A stretch of DNA of 46,741 nt from Alphaproteobacteria bacterium. Lineage in GTDB: Bacteria > Pseudomonadota > Alphaproteobacteria > Rs-D84. Shown here piece by piece: positions 19,318 through 30,381 of this stretch (within the stretch, counting starts at the first letter, position 1; every line of letters begins with the position of its first letter). Both the position numbers and the translations under genes were made by a program. Under the pieces are notes generated by a model. That model was not told the DNA's origin. It made no database searches and saw only the letters and a program-made list of their open reading frames with translations. Location of the stretch: the NCBI GenBank assembly GCA_050943575.1, contig JBMNPL010000004.1:1-46741 (forward strand). Reading direction: 5' to 3'.

Positions 19318-20154
19318 ATGGCATTAAAGCAATATAAATCAATTACACCAGGAACACGTGGCCTCGTATTAATAGATAAATCTGAATTACATCGTGGCAA
19401 GCCTGAAAAATCTTTAACTCATGGTAAAAAATCCAAGGGTGGACGTAATAATTTTGGGCATGTTGTTGTTCCTCATCAGGGTGGTGGTCATAAACGAAAA
19501 TATCGTTTAATTGATTTTAAACGTAAAAAGTTTGATATACCTGCAACGGTTGTAAGGTTAGAATATGATCCAAATCGTACAGGATTTATTGCCTTGATTG
19601 AGTATAAAGATGGTGAAAAGTCATATATTTTAGCACCACGTAATTTAAGTTCAGGTGATATTGTAATTTCTGGTGAACGTCAAGATATTAAACCGGGAAA
19701 TGCGATGCCATTGAAAAATATGCCAATTGGAACAATTGTGCATAATGTGGAATTAAAACCGGGTGCTGGTGGTCAGTTAGCACGTTCTGCGGGGTGTTAT
19801 GCTCAATTAATGGGTAAAGATGGTGTTTATGCTCAAATTAAAATGAACAGCGGCGAATTACGCAAGGTTCATTCTGATTGTATGGCGACAGTTGGTAGTG
19901 TATCAAATCCGGATCAATCTAATATTAATTTGGGTAAAGCGGGTCGTGCACGTTGGTTGGGTATTCGTCCCAGTACACGTGGTGTGGCACAGAATCCATG
20001 CGATCATCCAATGGGTGGTGGAAACGGTAAATCCAAGGGTCATACACCTGTTTCTCGGACTGGTATTCCATCCAAGGGTTATCGTACTCGCACAAACAAG
20101 CGCACGAATCGGATGATAATTCGTTCACGGCATTTGAACAAAAAGAAAAAATAA
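19318..20154 (+). CDS. rplB: 50S ribosomal protein L2
   Basis: [21 protein letters not shown]. Confidence 0.99.
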   Translation: MALKQYKSITPGTRGLVLIDKSELHRGKPEKSLTHGKKSKGGRNNFGHVVVPHQGGGHKRKYRLIDFKRKKFDIPATVVRLEYDPNRTGFIALIEYKDGEKSYILAPRNLSSGDIVISGERQDIKPGNAMPLKNMPIGTIVHNVELKPGAGGQLARSAGCYAQLMGKDGVYAQIKMNSGELRKVHSDCMATVGSVSNPDQSNINLGKAGRARWLGIRPSTRGVAQNPCDHPMGGGNGKSKGHTPVSRTGIPSKGYRTRTNKRTNRMIIRSRHLNKKKK

Positions 20155-20167
20155 TAAGGAATAAATT

Positions 20168-20458
20168 ATGGCACGCAGTGTATGGAAAGGTCCTTTTGTT
20201 CATCCAAGTATTTTGAAAAAGGTGAGCAAAGCAAATGAAACAAATGATCGCAAGCCTATTAAAACTTGGGCAAGGGGTAGCACTATTGTTCCCCCGATGG
20301 TTGGATTAACTTTCGAGGTGCATAACGGGCACAAATTCATTCCGGTATTGGTTGTAGAAGATATGATTGGTCATAAATTGGGTGAATTTGCACCAACTCG
20401 TACCTTCAAAGGGCATGCAGCGAATAAAAAAGCCGCTGCTAAAGGTGGAAAGAAATAA
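20168..20458 (+). CDS. rpsS: 30S ribosomal protein S19
   Basis: [19 protein letters not shown]. Confidence 0.99.
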   Translation: MARSVWKGPFVHPSILKKVSKANETNDRKPIKTWARGSTIVPPMVGLTFEVHNGHKFIPVLVVEDMIGHKLGEFAPTRTFKGHAANKKAAAKGGKK

Positions 20459-20471
20459 TTAGGGTATTATC

Positions 20472-20906
20472 ATGACCGAAAGAAGATATAATTTAAAAGA
20501 TAATCAGGTTCGCGCATTTAACAAGATGATTCGCATTAGTCATCAAAAATTATGCTTGGTTACGGATTTGATTCGTGGTTTACCGGTTGCTCGTGCAATT
20601 GATATTTTGAAATTTTCAAAAAAACGTGTTGCGGGTGAGGTTTTAAAAACTTTGATGTCAGCGGTTGCTAATGCTGAACACAATCAAAAATTATCGGTAG
20701 ACAGTTTGTATGTGAAAGAAATTTGGTGTGGAAAATCTTTAACTATGAAGCGTATTTTCCCAGGACCGCGTGGCAGTGCGCGTCCAATATTAAAACCTTT
20801 TTCTAATTTGACAATCATTTTAGAAAGCGGTGCACCAACATTGAAAGCCAAGGCTAAACCAAAGGCTGACAATAAAGAAACCAAAAAAGAAACAAAGAAG
20901 AAATAA
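20472..20906 (+). CDS. rplV: 50S ribosomal protein L22
   Basis: SAVANAEHN, operon position; Lys-rich tail. Confidence 0.97.
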   Translation: MTERRYNLKDNQVRAFNKMIRISHQKLCLVTDLIRGLPVARAIDILKFSKKRVAGEVLKTLMSAVANAEHNQKLSVDSLYVKEIWCGKSLTMKRIFPGPRGSARPILKPFSNLTIILESGAPTLKAKAKPKADNKETKKETKKK

Positions 20907-20924
20907 TCCGAAAAGGAAGTACCT

Positions 20925-21629
20925 ATGGGACAGAAAGTATCGCCAATTTCATTACGTGCGTTTATAAACAAGATAACAGATTCTCGCTGGATTGCGAGCA
21001 AGTTTGAGTATGCTGGATTACTGGCCGAAGATTTAAGAATTCGTCGGTTTATTGAAAAGAGGCTTAAAAAAGCTGGTCTGGCTAAGGTTGTTATAGAACG
21101 TTTTGCAAAAAAAATAGTTGTCACGATTCATACCAGTCGTCCAGGAATGATTATTGGTAAAAATGGTGCTGACATTGAAGCTTTACGTAATGAGATTAAA
21201 AAACTGACTAAAAATGATCAAGTTGTTGTAAATATATTCGAGGTTCGTCGTCCTGATTTGAATGCTAAATTAGTTGCACAAAATATTGCTCAACAGATTG
21301 AAGGTCGTGTTTCTTTTAAGCGTGCGATGAAAAAAGCGGTTCAAAACACTCAAAAGGCTGGTGCGCTGGGTATTAAAGTTATGGTATCTGGTCGTTTAAA
21401 TGGTGCTGAAATTGCTCGTAGCGAGCAAATTCGCGAAGGTCGTATTCCATTACACACTTTACGTGCAGATATTGATTATGCATCTATTCAGGCAAAAACC
21501 ACATATGGTGTTATTGGTGTAAAGGTTTGGATTTATACAGGTGATGTTGTAAACAAGGAAAAACTGGCGAACGAGCGTGCTCGTCCGACTGAATATGCTG
21601 GAACTAGCGAAAAGAAAACAGGTAAATAA
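20925..21629 (+). CDS. rpsC: 30S ribosomal protein S3
   Basis: MGQKV, GRLNGAEIAR, PLHTLRADIDY. Confidence 0.99.
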   Translation: MGQKVSPISLRAFINKITDSRWIASKFEYAGLLAEDLRIRRFIEKRLKKAGLAKVVIERFAKKIVVTIHTSRPGMIIGKNGADIEALRNEIKKLTKNDQVVVNIFEVRRPDLNAKLVAQNIAQQIEGRVSFKRAMKKAVQNTQKAGALGIKVMVSGRLNGAEIARSEQIREGRIPLHTLRADIDYASIQAKTTYGVIGVKVWIYTGDVVNKEKLANERARPTEYAGTSEKKTGK

Positions 21630-21644
21630 TAAAGGTATGTTAAA

Positions 21645-22058
21645 ATGTTAATGCCGAAAAAGACAAAGTTTAGAAAACAGCACAAAGGTCGCATTCGCGG
21701 AAATGCCAAGGGCGGAAGTGAATTGGCATTTGGTTCTTTTGGACTTAAAGCGATGTCTCCGGAACGTGTTACGGCTCGTCAGATAGAATCAGCGCGTCGT
21801 GCTATTACCCGTCATATGAAACGTTTAGGTAAATTATGGATTCGCATATTTCCGGATGTTCCAGTTAGTAAAAAACCTGCGGAAGTTCGTATGGGTAAAG
21901 GTAAGGGTAGTGTAGAATATTGGATTTGTCGTGTAAAACCGGGCAGAATAATGTTTGAAATAGATGGTGTAAAACCCGAGGTTGCTATCCAAGCATTAAC
22001 ATTGGCTGCTGCGAAATTACCAGTTAAAACCAAGATTGTCGAGAGAAAGGCGAATTAA
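21645..22058 (+). CDS. rplP: 50S ribosomal protein L16
   Basis: [12 protein letters not shown]. Confidence 0.99.
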   Translation: MLMPKKTKFRKQHKGRIRGNAKGGSELAFGSFGLKAMSPERVTARQIESARRAITRHMKRLGKLWIRIFPDVPVSKKPAEVRMGKGKGSVEYWICRVKPGRIMFEIDGVKPEVAIQALTLAAAKLPVKTKIVERKAN

Positions 22059-22059
22059 A

Positions 22060-22278
22060 ATGGCAGAAAAAAAGAAAGTCAAAACGACTAAAACTATTAA
22101 GAAAGACGAGGCTTTGACCAAGGATGCTTTAACAAGCAAATTGACAGATTTGAAAAAAGAAGCGATGGAGCAACGTTTTCAACATGCGGCTGGTCAATTA
22201 CCAAAAACTCATATTATGCGTAAAACTCGTCGTGAAATAGCACGTGTAAAAACACAGTTGAACAAGAAAGGGAATTAA
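22060..22278 (+). CDS. rpmC: 50S ribosomal protein L29
   Basis: [18 protein letters not shown]. Confidence 0.95.
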   Translation: MAEKKKVKTTKTIKKDEALTKDALTSKLTDLKKEAMEQRFQHAAGQLPKTHIMRKTRREIARVKTQLNKKGN

Positions 22279-22280
22279 AA

Positions 22281-22544
22281 ATGCCAAGACACGTATTACA
22301 AGGAATTATTAAAAGTGCTGCTAACGATAAAACCGTTGTAGTAGAAGTAGAACGCAAGTTTCGTCATCCTTTGTATGGTAAATTTGTTAAACAGAACAAA
22401 AAATACAAAGCTCATGATGAAAAGAACGAATACAAAGTTGGTGAAATTGTTACGATTGAAGAGCATCGTCCAATTTCTAAAACCAAAGCTTGGGTAGTCA
22501 AGGGACGCGTTGGCGTTGCAAAAGATACAGATGTTGTGGAGTAA
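22281..22544 (+). CDS. rpsQ: 30S ribosomal protein S17
   Basis: HPLYGK, RPISKTK.W. Confidence 0.98.
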   Translation: MPRHVLQGIIKSAANDKTVVVEVERKFRHPLYGKFVKQNKKYKAHDEKNEYKVGEIVTIEEHRPISKTKAWVVKGRVGVAKDTDVVE

Positions 22545-22549
22545 AAATC

Positions 22550-22924
22550 ATGATTCAAGTCGAAACAGTTATGACAGTTGCGGATAATTCTGGTGCTAAA
22601 AAAGCCATGTGCATCAAGGTTCTAGGTGGCAGTCATCGTCGTTATGCGTCGGTTGGCGACAAAGTTGTTGTTGCGATCAAGGATGCGATTCCACGTGGCA
22701 AGGTTCAAAAAGGAACAGTACAACGTGCAATTATTGTACGGACCAAGTTTCCTGTTAAACGCGAAGATGGCAGTATTATTCGCTTTGACGACAATGCATG
22801 TGTTTTAATAAACAAAAATAACTTTGAACCGATAGGGACACGTATTTTCGGACCGGTTGCTCGCGAGGCTCGTCGTAAATACGATATCCAGAAAATTATG
22901 TCATTGGCTCCGGAAGTTTTGTAA
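22550..22924 (+). CDS. rplN: 50S ribosomal protein L14
   Basis: MIQ...[26 protein letters not shown]. Confidence 0.99.
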   Translation: MIQVETVMTVADNSGAKKAMCIKVLGGSHRRYASVGDKVVVAIKDAIPRGKVQKGTVQRAIIVRTKFPVKREDGSIIRFDDNACVLINKNNFEPIGTRIFGPVAREARRKYDIQKIMSLAPEVL

Positions 22925-22939
22925 TAAAAGGTTGTTAAA

Positions 22940-23245
22940 ATGAAGATTAAAAAGGGTGATGAAGTAATTGTTATTTCAGGCAAATACAAGGGCGTAAAAG
23001 GCAAAGTTTTAGAAGCTCGTCCGTCTGAATCACGTGTTGTTGTTGCGGGTGTAAATCGTCGCAAATGGCATATTAAGCCAACGCAGGAGAAACCGGGGCA
23101 TATCGAAGATCGCGAGGCTCCAATACATGTTTCTAATGTTGCGATTTTAGATCCCAAGACAAAAAAGGCGACACGTGTTGGGTATAAAATAGAGGGCGAT
23201 AAGAAAATTCGTATTGCCAAGAAGTCTGGTGAAAAATTGAATTAA
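22940..23245 (+). CDS. rplX: 50S ribosomal protein L24
   Basis: [23 protein letters not shown]. Confidence 0.98.
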   Translation: MKIKKGDEVIVISGKYKGVKGKVLEARPSESRVVVAGVNRRKWHIKPTQEKPGHIEDREAPIHVSNVAILDPKTKKATRVGYKIEGDKKIRIAKKSGEKLN

Positions 23246-23294
23246 CTTAAAAACTTGATTTTCCGTTGATACGGAAATCCAAAAGGATGAAAAA

Positions 23295-23840
23295 ATGCAA
23301 AGTAGATTGCGCACAGTTTATGAAAAAGAAGTTATTCCAATGTTGGAAAAAGAATTTGGTTACAAGAACAAATTGGCTGTTCCTCGTTTAACTAAAATTG
23401 TTTTGAACATGGGTGTTGGTGCGGCTGCTCAGGACAAGAAAAAGCTTGATGCGGCTGTTAGTGATTTGACAGCGATTGCTGCACAGAAACCAGTTATTAC
23501 CAAGGCTAAAAAATCAATTGCGACTTATCGTTTACGCGAAGGTCAATCAATTGGTGCCAAGGTTACATTACGTGGCAAGCGTATGTATGATTTTTTGGAT
23601 AAATTGATTACGGTTGCTTTACCACGTATTAAAGATTTCCAAGGTTTATCAAAATCAAGTTTTGATGGTCATGGGAATTATGCATTTGGCATTAAAGAAC
23701 ATTTAATTTTCCCAGAAATTTCGGTTGATAAAATTGAAAACATAATTGGGATGGATATTGTTATTGCAACGACTGCAAAAACAGATGATGAAGCAAGGGC
23801 ATTACTGATAAAATTAGGTATGCCATTGGTTCTTAAATAA
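23295..23840 (+). CDS. rplE: 50S ribosomal protein L5
   Basis: [18 protein letters not shown]. Confidence 0.99.
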   Translation: MQSRLRTVYEKEVIPMLEKEFGYKNKLAVPRLTKIVLNMGVGAAAQDKKKLDAAVSDLTAIAAQKPVITKAKKSIATYRLREGQSIGAKVTLRGKRMYDFLDKLITVALPRIKDFQGLSKSSFDGHGNYAFGIKEHLIFPEISVDKIENIIGMDIVIATTAKTDDEARALLIKLGMPLVLK

Positions 23841-23854
23841 TAAAGAGAAAAAAT

Positions 23855-24157
23855 ATGGCAAAATTAGCATTGATTAATCAACAAGCACGGCGCGAAAAAA
23901 TGGTTGCTAAATATGCAAAAAAGCGTGATGCATTAAAAGCAAAGATGTCGGTAAATTCCACACCAGATGAGCGTATAGATGCTATGAAGAAAATGGCGAA
24001 ATTACCACGTAATGCGAGCAAGACACGGTTACGCAATCGTTGTTCTGTTACGGGGCGTTCACGTGGTGTTATAAGATTTTTTGGATTGTGTCGTCAACAA
24101 ATTCGCACATTGGCTTCCGAGGGGAAATTGCCGGGTGTAAGAAAATCAAGCTGGTAA
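23855..24157 (+). CDS. rpsN: 30S ribosomal protein S14 (long, non-zinc type)
   Basis: [21 protein letters not shown]. Confidence 0.98.
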   Translation: MAKLALINQQARREKMVAKYAKKRDALKAKMSVNSTPDERIDAMKKMAKLPRNASKTRLRNRCSVTGRSRGVIRFFGLCRQQIRTLASEGKLPGVRKSSW

Positions 24158-24177
24158 AAATTATACGGAGAAATAAA

Positions 24178-24576
24178 ATGTCATTGACTCATCCGATTGG
24201 AGATTTATTAACTAGAATTCGCAATGGGCAGAACGCTGGTAAAGAATTTGTACGTGTTCCTGCGTCTAAATTGCGCACGGCGGTTTTATCTGTTTTAAAA
24301 GACGAAGGTTATATAACAGATTTTCGTGAAGAGCAGGTTGATTCACGTCGTAAAAATATTTTAATAGAATTAAAATATATTGATGGCAATGGTGCGATTC
24401 AGGAAATATCTGTAATATCAAAGCCGGGTCGTCGTGTATATTCAGGCTGTTTCAAAATGCCAAAAATTATGAATGGTCTGGGTATTGCTATTGTTAGCAC
24501 TCCTCATGGGGTGATGACAGATCACAAGGCTCGTTTAATGAATGTTGGTGGCGAAGTATTGTGTCGCGTGGTATAA
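24178..24576 (+). CDS. rpsH: 30S ribosomal protein S8
   Basis: DLLTRIRN, SKPGRRVY, VGGEVLC. Confidence 0.98.
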   Translation: MSLTHPIGDLLTRIRNGQNAGKEFVRVPASKLRTAVLSVLKDEGYITDFREEQVDSRRKNILIELKYIDGNGAIQEISVISKPGRRVYSGCFKMPKIMNGLGIAIVSTPHGVMTDHKARLMNVGGEVLCRVV

Positions 24577-24595
24577 ATAATAAAAGGTTGTTAAA

Positions 24596-25159
24596 ATGTC
24601 TCGTGCAGGAAAATATCCAGTTGAAATAGTAAGCGGTGTAAACGTTACGATTACTGATACTGCTGTTATTGTTAAAGGTCCCAAAGGTGAATTAAGAGTC
24701 CCGTTGGATACTAGAAACGCAGATTTAGTTGATGTAAAAGTTGACGGGGACAAAGTTGTTGTTACACCCAGAAAAAATGCGGATGAAAAACAATCTAGGG
24801 TTATGTGGGGAACAATGACTCGTAATATTAAAAACGCTGTTATTGGTGTAACCGAAGGTTTTTGTAAAAATATTTGCATGAAAGGTGTTGGATTTAAAGC
24901 ATCTGTAAAAGATAATGATTTAGTTTTAATTGCTGGATATTCGCATGATGTTGTTTTACCAATTCCGGATGGAATATCTGTTGAAATAGGTGCGATAGAA
25001 AATGGGATTGTAAATTTTGCTATCAAAGGAATTGATAAGCATTTAGTTGGGCAATTTGCGGATAAAGTTTGTAAAGTTCGCAAAGTTGAACCTTATAAAG
25101 GCAAGGGTATTTATTATAAAGGGCAAAAAATTATTCGTAAAGAAGGCAAAAAGAAATAA
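24596..25159 (+). CDS. rplF: 50S ribosomal protein L6
   Basis: VKGPKGEL, EPYKGKGI. Confidence 0.98.
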   Translation: MSRAGKYPVEIVSGVNVTITDTAVIVKGPKGELRVPLDTRNADLVDVKVDGDKVVVTPRKNADEKQSRVMWGTMTRNIKNAVIGVTEGFCKNICMKGVGFKASVKDNDLVLIAGYSHDVVLPIPDGISVEIGAIENGIVNFAIKGIDKHLVGQFADKVCKVRKVEPYKGKGIYYKGQKIIRKEGKKK

Positions 25160-25193
25160 TTAATTATAAGTACAGGCATTAAAAGGAAAAAAG

Positions 25194-25550
25194 ATGTTAA
25201 AACATTTGACCACAAAAGAGCGTAGGGTTTTATCAAATCGCAGTGCGGCAAAACGTAAGAATTTTGAAAAAATTCGTTTATCTGTTTTTCGTTCTGGTCG
25301 TCATATTGAAATCCAAGCAATTGATGATGTTAAGGGGCATACGATTTGTGCGGCATCAAGTAAAGAAAAAGATTTTCAAGGCAAGGGTTGGAATATTGCG
25401 GGTGCAGAAATGGTTGGTTCTATTTTTGCGGAACGCGCAAAAAAGTCCAAATTAACAGATAATTGTTATTTTGATCGCGGTGGTTATCGTTATCATGGTC
25501 GTGTAAAAGCCTTATGCGAAGCGATTCGCAAAGGTGGAATAAAGATTTAA
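25194..25550 (+). CDS. rplR: 50S ribosomal protein L18
   Basis: [22 protein letters not shown]. Confidence 0.98.
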   Translation: MLKHLTTKERRVLSNRSAAKRKNFEKIRLSVFRSGRHIEIQAIDDVKGHTICAASSKEKDFQGKGWNIAGAEMVGSIFAERAKKSKLTDNCYFDRGGYRYHGRVKALCEAIRKGGIKI

Positions 25551-25566
25551 TCTTAGGGAGTACATA

Positions 25567-26124
25567 ATGGCTCGTTTCGAAGACAAGAAAAATTTACAAG
25601 ATAAAGATATGGGATTAGTTGATAAACTGGTATCTATTAATCGCGTATCTAAAACTGTCAAGGGCGGACGTAATATGTCATTTAGCGCCTTGGTTGTTGT
25701 TGGTGATAAAGCCGGCAGAGTTGGTTTTGGTAAAGGCAAGGCACTAGAAGTTCAATCTGCTGTTCAAAAAGCAACCAAAGCCGCAAAGGCTCGGATGATT
25801 CGTGTACCATTAAAAGAGGGTCGTACTTTACATCATGACATTGAATCTAAATTTGGTGCGAGCAGGCTAGTTATTCGCAGTGCAGTTCCAGGAACAGGAA
25901 TAATTGCGGGTGGTGCATTACGTGCGGTATTTGAATGTTTGGGTGTTCAGGACGTTGTTGTAAAATCTTATGGCAGCAACAATCCGAACAATATGATTCG
26001 CGCTGCTTTTAATGCTTTAGCAAGGGTAAATTCTCCAAAATTGGTTGCTGCACGTCGTGGCAAATCGGTTGCGGAAATTATTGCTGGTCGCGATGGGAAA
26101 AAGATTGAAGAATCGGCGGAGTAA
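25567..26124 (+). CDS. rpsE: 30S ribosomal protein S5
   Basis: [18 protein letters not shown]. Confidence 0.99.
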   Translation: MARFEDKKNLQDKDMGLVDKLVSINRVSKTVKGGRNMSFSALVVVGDKAGRVGFGKGKALEVQSAVQKATKAAKARMIRVPLKEGRTLHHDIESKFGASRLVIRSAVPGTGIIAGGALRAVFECLGVQDVVVKSYGSNNPNNMIRAAFNALARVNSPKLVAARRGKSVAEIIAGRDGKKIEESAE

Positions 26125-26127
26125 GAA

Positions 26128-26304
26128 ATGGCAAAGATAAAGATTAGACAAGTAAAGAGTTGTATTGGTCGTCCAGAATCACAAGTTAAGATTTTAAAGG
26201 CTTTGAAACTGGGTGGCAATGTTGGTAAGGTTTCGGAATTACCAGATACAGATTCTGTACGTGGCATGATAGCCAAGGTTAAACACCTTGTTGTTGTAGA
26301 ATAA
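26128..26304 (+). CDS. rpmD: 50S ribosomal protein L30 (58 aa; below the ORF-track cutoff)
   Basis: Hand translation MAKIKIRQVKSCIGRPESQ...VRGMIAKVKHLVVVE, between rpsE and rplO. Confidence 0.95.
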   Translation: MAKIKIRQVKSCIGRPESQVKILKALKLGGNVGKVSELPDTDSVRGMIAKVKHLVVVE

Positions 26305-26325
26305 TTATATAGAGAGGCATAAACG

Positions 26326-26784
26326 ATGAAATTAAATGCACTAATAGATAATACAGGCGCGACTCACAGCAAAAAACGTGTTGGTCGTGGTATTGGATCT
26401 GGGACGGGCAAAACTGCTGGTCGCGGTCACAAGGGTCAAAAAGCACGTTCAGGTTCTCGTAAACAGGCTACTTTCCAAGGTGGTCAAATGCCGATTTTGC
26501 GTAGATTTCCAAAATTTGGTTTTAACAATATTTTTGCAAAAAAATATGCGACTATAAATTTGGGTGACATTGAAAAATTTATAAAATCTGGCAAAATTGA
26601 TGCTAAAAAGGCTATAACTATTGATTCTTTATTTGACTCAAAAATTTTAAATCGTAAATATAACGGCTTGAAAGTTTTAGCCAAGGGCGAAATTAAAACA
26701 GCTGTTAATATTAAAGCAATTAAATGGTCTAAAAGTGCAGAAGATGCGATTAAAAAAGCAGGCGGAAGCATTGTTCAGGCTTAA
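26326..26784 (+). CDS. rplO: 50S ribosomal protein L15
   Basis: RVGRGIGSGTGKTAGRGHKGQKARSG. Confidence 0.99.
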   Translation: MKLNALIDNTGATHSKKRVGRGIGSGTGKTAGRGHKGQKARSGSRKQATFQGGQMPILRRFPKFGFNNIFAKKYATINLGDIEKFIKSGKIDAKKAITIDSLFDSKILNRKYNGLKVLAKGEIKTAVNIKAIKWSKSAEDAIKKAGGSIVQA

Positions 26785-26818
26785 TTTAGCAAAATAATAA
26801 AAAACAAGGGGAAGGGAA

Positions 26819-27040
26819 ATGACCAAAAAAAACAAAAAACTTATTTTACAAATTATTGTTAGTTTAGCAATACTTGTTATATCTTGGTTTATTATAAATA
26901 TTATTGGACAATTCTTGTCAAATTTGTGGGTTCAAGGTATATTGGCTGCGATTATCACTTGGGTTATAATCAGCATGGGTGATAGAATTGGATTACCAGG
27001 TTTTTCTGATAAAAAAAATATCAAGAAAAGCAAAAAATAA
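26819..27040 (+). CDS. Small 2-TM hypothetical protein
   Basis: Purine-rich RBS; two hydrophobic helices flanked by Lys-rich ends. Confidence 0.75.
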   Translation: MTKKNKKLILQIIVSLAILVISWFIINIIGQFLSNLWVQGILAAIITWVIISMGDRIGLPGFSDKKNIKKSKK

Positions 27041-27064
27041 AGTATGGCTTAATAATTTAATAAC

Positions 27065-28381
27065 ATGAATTTTATAAAGAACTTTTTTACTAATTTATCA
27101 GATTTGCAAAAGCGGATATTGTTTACTTTAGGCGCTTTGATAATTTATCGTGTGGGTTCTTTTATTCCATTACCGGGTGTTAATGCTTCGGCGGTTTTAC
27201 ATTTATTCCAAGGCGAAGGTGGCATGCTTGGGATGTTTGACATGTTTTCGGGTGGTTCTTTATCTCGTATGTCTATTTTAGCATTAAATATTTTCCCTTA
27301 TATTTCGGCATCTATTATAATTCAGTTATTAACTGCGACCAGTAAATCACTGAACGAATTGCGTAAAGAGGGTGAATCTGGGCGTATAAAAATCAATCAA
27401 TATACCAGATATTTGGCTGTTTTATTGGCTATTGTTCAAGGTTGGGCCGTAGTAAAAGGTTTAGAAGTAATGGCACCGGTTAATGGTGTTCCGGCGGTTA
27501 TTAATCCAGGATTATCATTTGAATTATCGGCGGTGATTGCACTAGTTGGCGGAACAGTTTTTGTTATGTGGCTGGCAGAGCAAATTACTGCACGTGGATT
27601 GGGGCAGGGTGCATCTTTATTGATTTTTGCGGGTATTATTGCCGAGGTCCCAGGTGGAATAGCAAAGATGTTTTCTTTGGGCAGTGTTGGTCAAATTTCT
27701 CCGGCTATGATTGCGCTTATTATTGGTTTTGTTGTTGGTATTATTGCTTTGATTGCGTTTATGGAACAGGCTCAACGTCGTATACAAATACTTTACCCAA
27801 GGCAAGTTATGGCAAATGGTGTTACGAATACAAATGCTTCATATTTACCGATTAAAGTAAATATGTCGGGTGTTATGGGTCCTGTTTTTGCATCTTCTAT
27901 TATGATGTTGCCTGCTTTTTTACAACGTTTTGTTCAAAGTGAAAATCATATAGTTCAAAGTATAATGGGATTTTTTACTTATGGCACATGGTCATATATG
28001 GCATTGTACACGATTTTGATAATTTTCTTTGCTTATTTTCAAACGGCGGTTGTATTTAATTCTGAAGAAACTGCGAATAATTTGAAAAATGCGGGTGGTT
28101 ATATTCCCAGTGTTCGTCCAGGGGAACAAACTTCTAAATTTTTGGATGGTATTGTATCTCGGACAACAGCGATAGGTGTTGTGTATTTAGTAGTTGTATG
28201 TGTACTTCCGATTATTTTGAACACTCAATTGGGTATGCCACTGGCGATTGGTGGGACTAGTGTATTGATTGTTGCTGGGGTTGTATTAGATACGATGAAT
28301 CAGGTTCAATCTTATATGGTTGCGAAACAATATAGCAGTGTTATTAAGAAAGCACAGAAAAAAGGCAGATTTAGGGTTTGA
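27065..28381 (+). CDS. secY: Preprotein translocase subunit SecY
   Basis: PYISASIIIQLL, IP.VRPG..T, GGTS.LI. Confidence 0.99.
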   Translation: MNFIKNFFTNLSDLQKRILFTLGALIIYRVGSFIPLPGVNASAVLHLFQGEGGMLGMFDMFSGGSLSRMSILALNIFPYISASIIIQLLTATSKSLNELRKEGESGRIKINQYTRYLAVLLAIVQGWAVVKGLEVMAPVNGVPAVINPGLSFELSAVIALVGGTVFVMWLAEQITARGLGQGASLLIFAGIIAEVPGGIAKMFSLGSVGQISPAMIALIIGFVVGIIALIAFMEQAQRRIQILYPRQVMANGVTNTNASYLPIKVNMSGVMGPVFASSIMMLPAFLQRFVQSENHIVQSIMGFFTYGTWSYMALYTILIIFFAYFQTAVVFNSEETANNLKNAGGYIPSVRPGEQTSKFLDGIVSRTTAIGVVYLVVVCVLPIILNTQLGMPLAIGGTSVLIVAGVVLDTMNQVQSYMVAKQYSSVIKKAQKKGRFRV

Positions 28382-28405
28382 CATTTGCATTGTTTGTTAT
28401 AAAAT
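28378..28405 (+). promoter_or_regulatory. sigma70 promoter of the alpha operon, overlapping the secY stop codon
   Basis: TTGACA (contains the secY TGA), 16 bp, TAAAAT. Confidence 0.7.
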
Positions 28406-28435
28406 GGTGCAGCAATTAACAAAGGGAAACATAGA

Positions 28436-28813
28436 ATGGCACGTATAGCAGGTGTAAATATTCCGGAAAACAAACGCGTTGAAATTGCGTTACAATCAAT
28501 TTATGGGATTGGTCCGGCTAAAGCTAATCAAATTGTAAAAGCCTTGAAATTCAAGGATAGTTTGCGTACAAAAGATTTAACAGATGCGGAAATTGTTGAT
28601 ATTTCAAATTACATTGAAGAGAATTTCAAAGTAGAGGGTGATGTTCGTCGTGATATTTCAATGAATATTAAACGTTTACAAGATTTGAAATCATATCGCG
28701 GTATTCGTCATCGCAATCGTTTACCGGTTCGTGGTCAACGCACTCAGACAAATGCCAGAACTCGCAAGGGTAAGCGTATAGTTGTCGCAGGTTCAGCATC
28801 AAAAGGAAAGTAA
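28436..28813 (+). CDS. rpsM: 30S ribosomal protein S13
   Basis: [26 protein letters not shown]. Confidence 0.99.
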   Translation: MARIAGVNIPENKRVEIALQSIYGIGPAKANQIVKALKFKDSLRTKDLTDAEIVDISNYIEENFKVEGDVRRDISMNIKRLQDLKSYRGIRHRNRLPVRGQRTQTNARTRKGKRIVVAGSASKGK

Positions 28814-28816
28814 AAA

Positions 28817-29200
28817 ATGGCAGTAAAATCTACAAAAAAGAAAGTTGTTAAAAAAGTTTCGCATGGCATTGCTCATGTTTTGGCTACAAACAATAACACT
28901 CGTATAACTATTACTGATCAATCGGGTGCGGTATTAGCATGGGGGACTGCTGGTGCAAATAATTTCAAGGGTGCAAAAAAATCAACTCCTTATGCGGCAT
29001 CTGTTGTTGCAGAATCAGTTGGCAAAAAGGTTGCTGACATGGGCATGAAAACGGTTGATGTTTTAATGCGTGGAATTGGTCAGGGTCGTGAATCTGCGGT
29101 TCGTGCATTGGGAAACACTGGATTGATAGTTCAGTCAATTACTGATACAACACGCATTCCTCATAATGGATGCAGACCGAAAAAAGTTCGCCGCGTTTAA
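28817..29200 (+). CDS. rpsK: 30S ribosomal protein S11
   Basis: KSTPYAA, PHNGCRP. Confidence 0.99.
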   Translation: MAVKSTKKKVVKKVSHGIAHVLATNNNTRITITDQSGAVLAWGTAGANNFKGAKKSTPYAASVVAESVGKKVADMGMKTVDVLMRGIGQGRESAVRALGNTGLIVQSITDTTRIPHNGCRPKKVRRV

Positions 29201-29262
29201 ATTATTTATAGTTTTGCGGTTTTACTAGGTGAAAATAATAAACTAAGCCTCAGGAGCAAAAA

Positions 29263-30288
29263 ATGATTGAAAAAAATTGGATGACATTAATCAAGCCAAA
29301 AAAAATATTTGTTAAAGTTAATGAAAAAAATCCTAATGAAGCAGAAGTAATTGCTGAACCTTTGGAAAAAGGTTTTGGTTTGACACTTGGGACAGCATTG
29401 CGTCGTGTATTATTATCTTCTTTACAAGGTTGTGCCCCAATATATGTAAAAATTGATGGTGTTCAGCATGAATTTCAAAGTATACCGGGGGTTCGTGAAG
29501 ATGTTACAGATATTATTCTTAATTTAAAAAGTGTTTATTTTAAGGCTATTAACGAGGGTCAGCATAAAGCTGTATTAAAAGTCAATGGGCCTGCTGTTGT
29601 AACTGCTGGTATGATAGAAACAGTTGGTGGAATTGAAGTTATGAACAAAGATGCTGAAATTTGTAATTTAGATAAAGGTGCATCTTTGGATATGGAAATT
29701 ATGTTGGATACGGGTCGTGGTTATGTTCCTGCAAGTTCTAGGAACGAAGATTTACCATTGGGTGTTATTCCGGTTGATTCTATATTTTCACCAATTTTGA
29801 ATGTATCTACATCTGTTAGTGAAACTCGTGTTGGTCAAAGCACTGATTATGATAAACTAGAAATGGTTGTTAAAACAAATGGTACGGTTTCTCCCGAAGA
29901 TGCGGTTGCATTGGCATCCAGAATATTGACTGATCAACTAGTTGTCTTTATTAACTTTGAAGACCCTACACAATACATACAGTCCGAGGAAGAAAAGGAT
30001 AAAGAGGCATTACCATTTGATCCAAAATTATTAAAACATGTTGATGAATTAGAATTATCAGTTCGTGCCAGCAATTGTTTGAAAAACGATAAAATTAATT
30101 GGTTGGGTGAATTGGTTCAAAAAACTGAAACAGACATGTTAAAAACTCCTAATTTTGGTCGCAAGAGTTTGAATGAGATCAAGGCTCAATTAGAAGCAAT
30201 GGGTTTAAGTTTAGGTATGGAAGTCCAAGGTTGGCCACCAGAAAACATTGTAGAATTGGCTAAAAAATACGAAGATCCGTATAAATAA
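29263..30288 (+). CDS. rpoA: RNA polymerase alpha subunit
   Basis: [30 protein letters not shown]. Confidence 0.99.
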   Translation: MIEKNWMTLIKPKKIFVKVNEKNPNEAEVIAEPLEKGFGLTLGTALRRVLLSSLQGCAPIYVKIDGVQHEFQSIPGVREDVTDIILNLKSVYFKAINEGQHKAVLKVNGPAVVTAGMIETVGGIEVMNKDAEICNLDKGASLDMEIMLDTGRGYVPASSRNEDLPLGVIPVDSIFSPILNVSTSVSETRVGQSTDYDKLEMVVKTNGTVSPEDAVALASRILTDQLVVFINFEDPTQYIQSEEEKDKEALPFDPKLLKHVDELELSVRASNCLKNDKINWLGELVQKTETDMLKTPNFGRKSLNEIKAQLEAMGLSLGMEVQGWPPENIVELAKKYEDPYK

Positions 30289-30381
30289 TAATTTTCTTGT
30301 TTCTGAAATTTTCAGGGCACAGAAAGATGTTTAATCCCCGATTATATATTTTTGGGGCAACAGCACAAAAGGAGCGCAAAA

